DNA of 62,909 bases, filler included, from Octopus bimaculoides (taxonomy: Eukaryota), in NCBI RefSeq assembly GCF_001194135.2. It is 12 parts of 12 records of this genome, joined end to end, with 100 filler letters (N's around TTAATTAATTAA, not from the genome) between each part and the next. Parts side by side here need not be neighbours in the genome. Positions count along the whole stretch, not along the records: positions 6,799 to 24,592 come from NC_068992.1; positions 24,693 to 26,313 come from NW_026314431.1; positions 26,414 to 28,441 come from NW_026426142.1; 9 more parts are not named here. One strand, 5' to 3'. Both the position numbers and the translations under genes were made by a program. Below are positions 14,240 through 27,089 of the stretch, one piece after another. The first letter of the stretch is position 1; every line of letters starts with the position of its first letter. Below the pieces are notes generated by a model. That model saw only the letters and a program-made list of their open reading frames with translations, did not search any database and was not told the DNA's origin.

Positions 14240-15316
14240 TATGTACATATATGTGCACACATGCGTATATGATTTAGTGTACTTTATATTATGTAATACA
14301 CTGACGTAAGAAACTCTATTTTATATGCAAACTAACGGGAAAAAGACCAAATAGGATAAGCACAGTAATTTCAAGACAGTTTTGAAATTTCAGCAGCAAC
14401 TAAGTACCGTGTTTAACAATTCATACACATAAAACCTATAATGCAACACTTACTAAAAGCTTAACAAAAATCTTATATACCGATCTGCACACAACGATTT
14501 CTTGGCTGCTCGTTTGCTATAAAATAATGTTTCTGTGTTACCATTGGTTTAGTTTACTCATTTTGTATGCATCTCCAGAGTATATCTATAATTCCCAGCC
14601 CCCAGTATATTTGCAACAGTAAGATGTGACATATGTAAAATAGTATATTTTCCGTTGTGAAGTGTACGCATATTTAAATATAATACCTGTTTGTAATCGG
14701 TTNNNNNNNNNNNNNNNNNNNNNNNNNNNNNNNNNNNNNNNNNNNNNNNNNNNNNNNNNNNNNNNNNNNNNNNNNNNNNNNNNNNNNNNNNNNNNNNNNN
14801 NNTTAAGACGTTAATGGAATAATGTTCTCGAGGGGTGTGTGTGTATTCGAATAAATCTCCATTAAATATTTGAATCAAATGCTAACATACAGAATGATCT
14901 TCGAAATAAAACTGGTTCTTGCCCTTATTAATATGCAAGCAATGATTAGGATACTGCTTTAGACAGAATATCTAAGGGTTATATAGGTAAATGTATGGGA
15001 GGTCAATGGAAATCGATGGGATTTAGTTTTACAAATAGATTTGACTAAGCATTTCATGCCAATATGTTTTTTTTCTTAGTAAATTGTTTGTACAAATGCA
15101 AATATACTTTGCTGATAAATAAAATGTCAGCAGTGTAGGCATGGCTATGCGATTAAGAAGGTCGAATTGCAGCCATGTTGTTTGAAGTTCGATGTTTAGC
15201 GAGAGACCTTAGGTGAGTATTTCTGCAGAACGATGACTTGTGAGAGTATTCGGTATATGCAAAACATGCTAGTGATTGCACGCGCACACACGCACGCGCG
15301 CACACAAACGCACGCT

Positions 15317-15359
<43 letters not shown>

Positions 15360-17555
15360 GTGAAGGTGCATATCGCATTTGTTAGAGCGTCGGACTCACA
15401 CTCATTTGTCGTCCTTTAGTACCTTGCATCTCTTGAAATTTGTAAAAGATATTATTGGATGACCGAATAAAAAAGTTAGTTGTGATGTCCTCCACTCCTA
15501 TATTTAATCCTAAGATCTGTCTTTGTTATGAGCTTTGCATCCAATGAATCTTCTACTCTCTGCCTTGAACCTGTTACAAGTAACAAGCAAACGTTTAATA
15601 TGTGTCAAACTTGACAATGGCCTGAAATGCTTCCAATGAATTTGCTTGCTACCCACCGTGTCACGGTATTTAACCGGTCAGGATGTCGTCTGTTTCAGCT
15701 TTTACTTCCCGTTTGCAGGCCGTTTTTACATCTGGAGGGTTTCATATTTTATTTCTCGGTCCTTCAACTTTTCTAGCATTATCAATGTCTGTGCCTTTAC
15801 TTCGTAAAGTTCAACAATTAGTGTCAACGGTAAATGCAAGCAGCCCCTTTTACGAGAAAGAGCTGAACTGTTCATCAAGTCATTTGCGAGTGAATACATT
15901 GCAATGATTTGAAATTGTAACAGTGCCACCTCATATATTAATAGTAGCTATGGGAGGCGTGAATATAAGCGAAACTGTAGACACCGTATTTTATACTTGC
16001 CTGGTAACATTGAACAATCATTAAGTTTTAGTCCATCATCGAGTTACTTCATAATCTAAATCCTGTGACTCCTATAAAACACGATGTCCCCGAATATGCA
16101 CGCGCAAGCTCTTAGCACTTTCTTCCTTCACTGTTAGCTTACATTCTCTGGTTGTTTAAAATTTCGCTGCTTTCTGGACTCTCTTACACTTTTTTTGGCT
16201 GCGTGACCTTTGTGCTCCGTGCAGATAAAATCGTTTTATTATTATTCCATAGGCAGCGACCTGGCGCAATCATTATAATGTTGGAAAATTGCTGTACGTT
16301 ACTTGCACTGGATTTTTGCCATGTTATTTCAAATGCATGCCTTTCATCTTTTTGGAGCAAACAAAACAAAATGCAAGCCAAGTACATGGGTCGTATGTAT
16401 TCCCTAATGTCTCCGTTGAAGATTGCGAATCTTTTGCCAACATCAAAACACATTTAAGCGGACGACTCAGTATTATCTGCAAACAAGCTGTAAAATGTTT
16501 GCACTTCATATTCCTTTTTCTTTCCTTGTGATTTCAAAACCTACCAGTGTCAACATTTTGTGTCATTTCTCCAGGGACGAAAAATAATGTAGCAATTACT
16601 TCTAGAGCGATGGCATTGATTAAACACCTGTCTTAAAAACAATTGTAGTTGTGACGATCTCAGAATACATTTTTATTGTTTATCCTATTATTAACATAAG
16701 TAGTATTAATGTTTAGATAGTCGTAAATTTACTCTTTGATCTCTGATTGACAATCCACCATAAATAAAGAAAGCAGAAATGACGGAACTTTTACTGAACG
16801 CATTCGTTTCTCCACTTTCAGCACGATAGAGTAAGTCTATACCCAGTAATTTCAGTTTTCCTTGACAACAAGAAGCTGTTATTTTATATTTTCTGTCGGC
16901 CCCGAGGTAGGAAAACATAAGTGCGGTACTACTTGGTATTGAACATTCAGGCACAAACAAGAAAGTAGCAATTACGACCGCCTTGTCATAACAACACAAC
17001 CAATCAACGATGGGGAAAAATAACGTCTAGAGAAGGTTTCAGGCAGTTCAAAATGTAATTACAAAATGAATATCACATAAACTGAGGTGCAAGCAGTAAG
17101 TCTCTCACAATAATGTATCTTCCTTTTGGATTACATAATCTTTACAACTGCAGAAGAACCTAGAAAATGAAAGGAAATAATTTTCAGCTTGAGTGGGCGA
17201 ATAATACGAATGTTATACATTAATGGTAAAACGGTAATAATATTTTAAATGTTAAATCTCGTGTACTACACGGCTGTGCATATCTTCTCCTTTGGAACAC
17301 CACAGAATATGCTCAAGGGCACCAGTTTGCAAAGATAGTATTAGAAATTGGCCGAGACATGTCATATCTAAGCTTCTGGCTTATTACTTAACGTGGGTGT
17401 TCTCTTCTATGATTTGTCCGTTGAGTTTCGAATCTGTCTCAATATATTGTATTAAGCTATTGCGCCTTATCTAAATTATTGTATGTGAAACGTCCCAGCA
17501 TGACCTGATACCTTTTTGTATTTTACTAATGAGACCTTTCACCAAATAAAAATGT

Positions 17556-17569
17556 TACTGCGACTGCTA

Positions 17570-17600
<31 letters not shown>

Positions 17601-17738
17601 TACTGCTGCTGCTGCTACTGCTACTTCTGCTACTGCTGCTGCTGCTACTACTACTACTACAGCCGATGATGATGATGATGATTATAATCAGCTTCATCAT
17701 TAATGTCGTAGTTATTGTAGCTGTTGCCGTCGTCGTTG

Positions 17739-17782
<44 letters not shown>
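17556..17782. repeat. Compound trinucleotide tract (CTG/CTA)n-(GAT)n-(ATT)n
   Basis: Direct inspection. Confidence 0.95.
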
Positions 17783-18613
17783 TTCCTTGTGATGACCGAT
17801 GAACTTTCCGAATAACCTTTTGGTTTAACGATTTCGTTCAATTTTTAATTAATATTTAAATGTGAGGAGGTTCATAAAAGATCAAAAGTTAATGAAAAAT
17901 AAAGTTTACCCTAGGTATTCCGTCATTTTCCTTTCACTAAAATGTTCAATATATTCATCAATTTTAATTCAATATCAATGTAAATACACTTTTTCTAATT
18001 AGTGCAAAAACGTTTAATAGATTAGAGTCAAAGCATCATATGTAACAGCAATGATGCACAACAACAACAGCTCAACTATATGAATATATTATTGATTCTT
18101 CACTAGCGTCTCTTTTAAGCAAGTTTTCATTAACGCTTAACGACATAAAGCAGTGAGAAAAATTTGTTTATATTGAAATTTCTCTCTTTATTAAGACTGA
18201 TTATATCTATACATGAATATATCACAAATAGAAATTAATATATGAAGAATATATTGCCTTTATTCAAAAGAATGTAATAAAATGTGGGAAGCAATTTGAA
18301 GTCAGAGCAAAAGAGCGGAGTGAAATGGGGGTGGGAGGAAGATTACAGTTTGTTTAAGGTTGTATACATCGTTATTTGTGTGTGCAAATTTCCGTACGTC
18401 TAAACTCACATTCATATATGTCTCTCGTCGTCTTTCAGGATTACGAAGTTATAGGATCTGATAAAAGATGCCTGCTGAGAAAATCTTGCTTTTCGTAAAT
18501 GTTCTTTTATATGTTTTTGTATGCATACATACATACATACATACATACATACAAAGACACAAACACACACATATATATACATATATATATGTATATATAT
18601 GTACGTATGTATG

Positions 18614-18670
<57 letters not shown>

Positions 18671-18756
18671 NNNNNNNNNNNNNNNNNNNNNNNNNNNNNN
18701 NNNNNNNNNNNNNNNNNNNNNNNNNNNNNNNNNNNNNNNNNNNNNNNNNNNNNNNN

Positions 18757-18836
<80 letters not shown>

Positions 18837-19053
18837 AATATATGTACATACATACATGTATATATATATGTGTGTGTGTATCTATATATATATATATTTG
18901 AATATGTGTGTGTGTGTGTGTGTGTGTGTTTTGAATGCGTGTAGATATAACACATATATTATGGAAATGAATAGTAGCTCCTATTTAAATACTATTTATA
19001 TTAAATTATACGATGATATATATATATACATATACATATATATNNNNNNNNNN

Positions 19054-19127
<74 letters not shown>

Positions 19128-19607
19128 TGGGATTTAGTTCACTGGTGATCTAAACGAATAGGTACGCTGTGTAAGTGCTATAACTGGTCATCCATTAAGT
19201 TCCCAGCTTATAGCTGAGGCTGGAGCTAGGGTTCCGTAGTTGGTTTCCGAGTTAGTCGGTATAAATACTAGGGCCCAAAAAACATCAGAAGAGAATCGAT
19301 TGCCAGCACCGTTTTAAATTTGTTAGAAAATACATGAACTTCCAGAGTTGGTTGCATGAATGCAATTTAATTTGTTTCAATATATTTCCGATTCTTCCAC
19401 TGCATGATTAAATTGTCTTAGAAAACGAGTGAAACCGTTGACAAACATTGGTAAAACTTACTATTTTCTTTCATTTGTAAACGATAAAGTTCTAAAACAC
19501 ATTTTACCTTTAGTGTTTTCACGTAAATCGGCTCCTGTTGAACAACTTAACATATATCTGCCTCCTCTCTCACTCTCTTCATATATATGCAGTGCATGCG
19601 TGTGTAC

Positions 19608-19689
<82 letters not shown>

Positions 19690-19717
19690 GCGTGTGCGTG
19701 TGTTTGCGTGCGAGTGC

Positions 19718-19783
19718 GTGTGTCTCTGCGCGCTTGTGCGTGTGTCTCTGCGCGCTTGTGCGTGTGTCTCTGCGCGCTTGTGC
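19718..19783. repeat. 22-bp minisatellite x3 (gtgtgtctctgcgcgcttgtgc)
   Basis: Three exact units. Confidence 0.9.
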
Positions 19784-19822
19784 GTGCGGGTATATGCATA
19801 TTTGTGTTTGAAAATATATGTA

Positions 19823-20061
19823 CGAGGGTAATTCAAAAATTATCCGTACTTTCACCATAACATACCTTTATTGCCTTTTGGTGCACTTTGCTAGTGGAGC
19901 GACCATGCTTACGCTGTAAAGCCAGAAATAAAAATTGGCGTGATCAGGATCAAACTTCGATCATGTGACCACAATAGTACTAACTAGAAGCATGCATGCG
20001 CAGAAGGCAGTGTGACGATTATGCTATGGTGAAAGCGCGGATAATTTTTGACTTCCCCTCG
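19823..20061. mobile_element. Tc1/Mariner-type MITE (239 bp)
   Basis: TA flanks. ~42-bp TIR CGAGGGTAATTCAAAAATTATCCGTACTTTCACCATAACATA vs reverse complement CGAGGGGAAGTCAAAAATTATCCGCGCTTTCACCATAGCATA. Confidence 0.9.
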
Positions 20062-23000
20062 TATATATTTTTGCGTGTGGATGGTGCTGTATATATGTAC
20101 GCCATAATAATAGATTATAGTTTAACAAATAAAAGCAAAATGCTGTAAATGCAAACTCTGCTTTTTATAATATATTTGAAATAAAATATATTTCTGTTTT
20201 CCAATTGAATATTTTAAAAATGTGTGTCGATATATCTATGTCAGCCTATTGATATAGCGACGGACAAATACGTCGGAACAATGGCAATAATTTTTAGATA
20301 AAAATCTGTCGTTCAATCTATTTTCTATCAATGTCCCTCCTTCACTCACTCTCTCACATTCAATCATACACACAGACACACACATACACACACACACACA
20401 CCCTCTCTCCCTTTATATATACACAACAATATATTGTTGTTGCAGTATGAACGTGTGTGGAACTAATGTTACGTTAATTGATCTTATTACAGTCAACTAC
20501 TGCGGGCATTTATTAAAGTTATTCTCATACGATGTGTTTGTTCCTAGTAAAACAAACGGACTAAATTTATTCTGTATCCCATTTCCTAAATTCTTGAAAT
20601 ATTTGTTGTCTCCAGGAATGTTACAATCTTTCCTCGTCCGTCAAACTGAATGCATCACAGAAAGTCTTCCCTTTGGCAGCTGATGAGCGTAGGAAATTTG
20701 TGGGGCTTTTGAATTCAATTGATTCAGTATCAACATAAACAAACTGTTAATAACTAACATCGTGATGCTTGCTTCGATGACAACAGCAGGTGTATTAAAT
20801 TAAACTGAGACACACGATATTCCTAAAAATGCACGCTATACACAAAGCCCCTCTACGAAGCTGCGTGATACAGTGTAAAATAGTCCGGCTGATGTGGCAT
20901 GAAAATATTGATGCTTTTACACCCTGGCTATGAAGGGAGTGCGATACATTATAACAGTGGCCCTAGAGGACTTGTAACTTTATAGGGTGATGCATTTCCA
21001 TTGAAAGATCAACCAATCAAGAAAGAACAGTTTGTAAACCTTCTTAAGACAGCCTCTTCTGCAGGTTGAGAAAAAAATTTCAGACTCTATGACAATAATT
21101 GTGTTCGAAAATAGTGTTTCCAACCAGTAGTCTACGAAAAATACAAAGTGTATGGAAGTGCTCCTAGTTCAAGAGAAATCTAAAAGAAAGGATATTACTT
21201 CAAGTACATATATACAGAGAGTTCAACACAAAATGTTAATAATGGATGGAAACACATTTCAAGTTAATTTTGCTTTACCACAAGCGAGAGATTCGAACGC
21301 GACAACCTCCAAAAGTAGAACCGTATTCCAGGTGGTAACTAAATTACCCTATGGCAGGTCTAAGTACCACCATCCGCAAAGTGAATTTCACCTGTTACAT
21401 TTTGAACCTAATAGCATTTTGAGTTAAGGCTAAACTTGTTGGAGAGAACAGCCTCAACGAATCAAATTCATGAAGAATAAATCAGTAAACTTCATCACCA
21501 GCAATAAAGAGCATATTCGATCGAACACACATATACAGAGAGAAAGAGAAAGAAGGAGAGAAAGAGAGAGAGAGAGAGCGCACGAGAGAGGGAAAGAGAG
21601 AGAGCACGAGAGAGAGAAGGAGAAAGAGAAAGAGAGTGAAAGAGAGACTAATATTCACACGTTCACATTTGCACAGACACATCCATATAATCGGGAGCCT
21701 CAGAAGAGCTTCATGACTCATTTCTACGTACTCAGAAACGCACCATTGTAAAATGGATATACAATAGCGCGCGCACACACGCACACGCACACACACGAAC
21801 ACGCACGTATACACATATACATAAATTTGAGTTATTGAGAAGAATATTTCATATTGAAGCAGGTTTGTTGCATATACTTCTTCCACAGTTTAGTTCTAAT
21901 GACAAAAACAAGATTACCTCGAGTTTAAAAGAAACCAAAATAAAAACCACATGAAGACAATATATGTTATACAAAGCACTGAATAGAGAATGCCAACAAC
22001 CCAACAGCTAATGTTGATTTTTCTTTTGTATGTTGTACAATTAGGAACATCTATTAATCAACGAAGGTATCTGGCACAAAGCCAGTTGTACTGGACATCA
22101 TGTCAAATTAGTTTCGTTTCATTGAAAACCTATTTTCTGTCTCCATTATGTTTGCTTCACTTCGGCAATCTCTCGTCTATATTATTTATTCATTTCCATT
22201 TTTAGATCTATTTCTTTCACTTATTATTACTTTGTGTTGGAGTTGACGATCGCAATGAAAGTAAAACATTACTTCGAAACAAAACCTCACCTAAACAAAA
22301 CAAAATTGCTATAGTTATGTAACATGTACAGTTATTTCTGTACGCATTGTTTAATACATTTCCTGTTTCCAGATAACTGTTTATGTAATTGTAATTATGT
22401 TTCCTATTAGAATACAACGAATACTAGTATTCCAAACATTTTTTCAGTCACTGAGATTTGGGTTTTCGTTATGGTCTTTACAAGCTATCGTTTTTACTGT
22501 AGGTTTGTTACATAGGTTTCGTTTCATACTGTTAAAAATTGTGAGCTGCTTTGAAGTTGATGGACGTATATAATTACTTTAATCTTTCGTATATAAATAT
22601 ATATACATAGCTGTAAATCATGCTATGTATAAACAAACTGTTTCAGCTAACGGTTCGGACGTTAAGTTTTTTCAGCGAAGGTGTTAATGCAATGAATATT
22701 TGAGAGACAAAATAGGAATATATTTTTCAATAGCGAGTTTCTACTACACATATAGAACATCCAGTGTGTGAAGACACAAGTTTTCAGAGAAATATAAGAC
22801 GTTTCTGAAAACAAGTTAAGGATAACATATCTGTAATTCCAGATTACATCATACAAAAGCTGTCACGTGTTTCTATTACATAAAGTTTTTTTTTAAATGT
22901 AGCACTATGCAAATCGGTCCGTAATTCCACAAATGATCAACTGCGCAATCAAATACAACGCAAATCTATGAAAATAGTGTTTTCAAGGCAACTCTAAAAG

Positions 23001-24265
23001 GCAGGAATCTACTGAAAACTGAAAATTTATCGCCAATAGAGGGCAATCAATGAAATCAAGGATAGGGACAACAGACACATAAAAATCTAAGATGAGTTAT
23101 GATATGTTAATGAAAGATAGTTTGGTATATACACTTAAGCTGACCCAGTGGACAGTGCAGAAATAAACGTATAAAAACGCAAAGAGCGCTACGTCAGTAC
23201 ATGTAGGTGCCTTTTCAGCTCAGCTAAAACTAAATTCACCGAAGCCAATAAGTTAGTATAAAGCAATATTTTTAAGATTAGATACAAACGGTACGATGAT
23301 TGAAGAACGTAAACCTGAAAATATCTCATAGGAAGTAAAAAGACATGTACATAAATAAAAATAATAATAGTACAAAATCAATAATAGAAAGGCTAAGATC
23401 ATAAATGGAGAAGTGAAAGAAACAATTCAAGTAAAAAAAAAATAGAAATAGAAATAAGATGAATTGAGAAATAAATAAACAAAGAGGCGGAAGTAAAAGA
23501 TGCCAGAAGTTTAGTCTAGGAATAATAAAAAATGATCTTGAGATATACAAGAAATAGTGGATATAAATGTACCCCCATTTAATTAAAGGAAAAATTAAAA
23601 TATAGAGTAATGAAATATTTGAAGTGTCTTTACCTATGGCAGCATTTCACCTATAGATTAGTTCTAGAATTTAATAAATTTAATTCTGAGGTAATTATAT
23701 AAAATATTTCTTCCAGGCAAAGATCGAATTTGAAATAACCGGTATCATACGGTAGCGCATTGCTTCCAATGGAACATTTCATTTCAGATTTCATGTTTAT
23801 TTCCTTTAAATCACAAATACATTCATTATGCCTAGTAGCATTATTCGTTCTCCCAAATTTAGATGAAGAATAAAAGGTTATTTAATATAGAACTAAAAAA
23901 CTTTTGCGGATGGATCTATGTAATGGTTTATAAGATTCCCAGCTGCTACCGTACATTGATATATTCGATTCTTCGTTAAATACTGAGTTCCTAGAGGATA
24001 TTTAAGGTGGTGTCAAAAATTATATAGCAGCCTGTTTTGTAACTGCGGTTAAATAGATTAGCATTAACCATATTGGTAGAACTACAAAACGATTATTAAT
24101 TGTGTTAATATCAATGATATTATTATGTGGTGTTTCAACTGTATTATCAATTTTCTGGTGGGAACTAATTTTAACAGAAGTATCAAATATAGGTTGAATT
24201 ATTTCATCTAAATCTCTATTAATGATGTCATTGCAAAGATTATTATTATTATTATTATTATTATT

Positions 24266-24592
24266 GTTCAGTAGTTTTATTTTTATAACGTGCTTTCACT
24301 TCACTACCGAGCGCAGCTCTGTGCGCCTTGGGTATGTGCTGTGGTTTGCTGTGGTGCTCTTATGGTTACTGTATTGAAAGTGTTTTGCGTAGGATGTGTG
24401 CAGTGCCCAATAGTGCAATTTTCTGTATGTTATATGTATTTGTAAGTCCTGGTGTTTTTGTTATGTATTTGTTTGAATATTTTTTTATTATACCTAAAGC
24501 ACCTACTATGATAGGAATTGTTTCTGTTTTTAGATTCCACATTCGAGTTACCTCTATTTCCAGGTCTTTGTATTTTGAAAGTTTTTCCATTT
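24266..24592 (-). mobile_element. R4/Dong/HERO-like (REL-endonuclease) LINE 3' end
   Basis: ORF 24366-24590 EKLSKYKDLEIEVTRMWNLKTETIPIIVGALG...IQKIALLGTAHILRKTL is the typical C-terminal REL region. ~100-nt 3' UTR, then (TAA)n at 24239-24265. Confidence 0.85.
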
Positions 24593-24692
24593 NNNNNNNN
24601 NNNNNNNNNNNNNNNNNNNNNNNNNNNNNNNNNNNNTTAATTAATTAANNNNNNNNNNNNNNNNNNNNNNNNNNNNNNNNNNNNNNNNNNNN

Positions 24693-25112
24693 CCATATGT
24701 GCACGACATGGTGATCTCATATCAAGATAAGCAGCGCATGACCTTGCATGTGGGGCCCAGTTAGAATTTTCTTGAGGTGGAGTAGCCCATCCTGCTCAAA
24801 AGGTCCCTGAGTATGGGTTGTTTAAGGATGTTGAGCAAAACACCCATGTTTCCAAAGAATTCCTCTCAACACATGGCTATGATACTCCTCCACTACTTCT
24901 GCTCATGATCAGAGATGCACATATCGTCAGCCACCAAGGGACATGCTCAACTGGTTAAGGTCAAACAACTGACAAGCAAATCTGTGGTATTAAGCAGAAT
25001 ATTTGCTGTAGCCCGTCTTTTTTATACCAAAACAAAACAATGTACATGATAACACTTCCAATCAATTAAGATCAGAAGCCATGAGAGCCACTGCCTGGTA
25101 CTGCATCAGGAC
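24693..25112 (-). mobile_element. Non-coding repeat associated with TAA arrays (LINE long 3' UTR or non-autonomous derivative)
   Basis: 24693-24860 matches 55917-56080. Abuts (ATT)n at 25113-25139. Confidence 0.65.
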
Positions 25113-26904
25113 ATTATTATTATTATTATTATTATTATTTGTAGGTGCTGTTCCATTTCATTGCAAATCTTGGATTTCAGTGTCAATACCTTGCATTGAT
25201 GTTTCTAATTTTTAGCTTCAAATAATGTCCGTCTTCTTAGAATAGATTTGACATATTGGTTTGATTTATTAGCAATAAGCTAAAAGTCATTCTTATTCTT
25301 TGTTTTCAGTAAAAAAAAATAGAAAGCAAAAAGCTTTTGTCTCCGTTTATGCTGTTTTGTGTGTGACAGTAGAAGAGAAAGTGTTCCGTAAGATACAAAA
25401 CAATGTTGTTTTTTCGTTTTAATTAACTCTCTATACGTTCTTCGATCAAATCCTTTAGACATCGAGTTTGACTTTCATCTCTCCGGGGTCGATAAAAGTG
25501 TACTAAACAAGAAGAAAGGTCGAATTAAACGAAGATACACTTCTAAAATATATGGCGATATGCCAAAACTAAAAATTATTGTTATTCAAAATTCCCCACT
25601 TGTTTTTTTTTTCTTTTGTCTTTATTTTTGACCTTCATTTACAATCCTATAAGGGTCTAAAAGATATGGGTTCGGATTTTGCCGTATTCTTATCTCTCTG
25701 ATCTTTATTTACGAAGATATCTTTGACAGAAGAGATTCTTTGTGGTTACCATAGTATCTTCTGTTTGAAAAGCGGCCAGTATTTTGTTGTTTTTCTGGTT
25801 TCGCGTCTTTGTTGAAATTTTTAATGTTTCTATGTTTGTGTATAATTGTATGTATACGTGTGTAGGGGTGGGTTCTGGGGGAGAGATTTCTGTTTTATTA
25901 TTTTTATTGTGTGTTTTTGTTTTACCGGTTTCATTCTTTTGTTTTGTTTTCAAGGATAATTAAAGACGAGAATGTTTAGCGTGAAGAATAATTAATCTAG
26001 AAAGGAGACACGGAATTCATATGGTGGGGTGGAATGGGGCGGGGGGTGTTTAAGAAGGAGAAGAAATTTGGCAGGAATTTGAAGGAAAATAAATTGGTCT
26101 TAAGTAGATGAAGAATTAAGCATAACATGACATGAAGGCAATACAAGAGTGAGAATAAGAAGAAAAGGAGAGGAAGAAGAAAAAAAGCTAAGAAACAAGG
26201 GCAAGAACAAAAAATAATGAAGAAATAGAAAAGTGACAAAATTGAACAATAATAACCTTAAAATAAATATGAAAAAACGTAAACAAGGAAGAAGAAAATA
26301 CTAAATAATAATGNNNNNNNNNNNNNNNNNNNNNNNNNNNNNNNNNNNNNNNNNNNNTTAATTAATTAANNNNNNNNNNNNNNNNNNNNNNNNNNNNNNN
26401 NNNNNNNNNNNNNCTTTCCCACTTTGATATCATGTATTTCTCTCACTCTCTTTCTCATTCCCTACAACTTAGTTTTATATCATGCGGCCTCTCTGGAACT
26501 CTACCTTTCCTTTTTTCTCATGGTTCTTCTTTTAGTTTATTACTAACTCTCGTTGTCTCTCCCCTTTTCACTCTTTCTTTCACTCGCTCCGTTTATTTTT
26601 CACTTTCTGCTTGCCTGACAACCCGTTTCGTTAGCGTTCTTGCTGGCTGATTGTTAACAATTTCCCCCCATCTTTTGTTCTTTCTTTCTCCCCACTACCT
26701 CTTTATCTATTTAATCCTTGTCCCTTGAAAATAATAATAATAATAATAATAATAAAGATTTCTCTCTATCACTCTTCTACCTCTTATAACGCAATCACTG
26801 CGCTGTCATCGTTCAACAGACTTTCAAGCATGACTTGGGTGTTTGAACGAAAGTTGTTATCGATTAGTACAAAGTCTTGTTATAATTGCCCAAACTGTTG
26901 AAGG

Positions 26905-26953
<49 letters not shown>

Positions 26954-27089
26954 ACAAACATTCATTCACATAAGCACAAACATACATTCGCACAAACACA
27001 TTCACACAAAGACATACACACAAACAGATTCACACACACATACATTTGCACCCAAACATACACACATAGTAGTTTGTTGGGACCTCAGC

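Noticed and set aside
14803-14878. MIQIFNGDLFE, reminiscent of a macro-domain first strand
   Set aside because: Too short, next to a gap, and the following residues do not fit.
16800-16900. VYTQ*FQFSLTTRSCYFIF, faint YqaJ-nuclease-like pattern
   Set aside because: Contains stops and lacks the upstream ASPDG/EIKCP motifs.
17516-17841. Poly-Leu / poly-Ser ORFs resembling a signal peptide
   Set aside because: Translation of a (CTG/CTA)n trinucleotide tract with no flanking coding evidence.
20678-20700. ctgatgagcgtaggaaa, hammerhead-like core on +
   Set aside because: No stem II pairing between core halves and no stem I/III complementarity.
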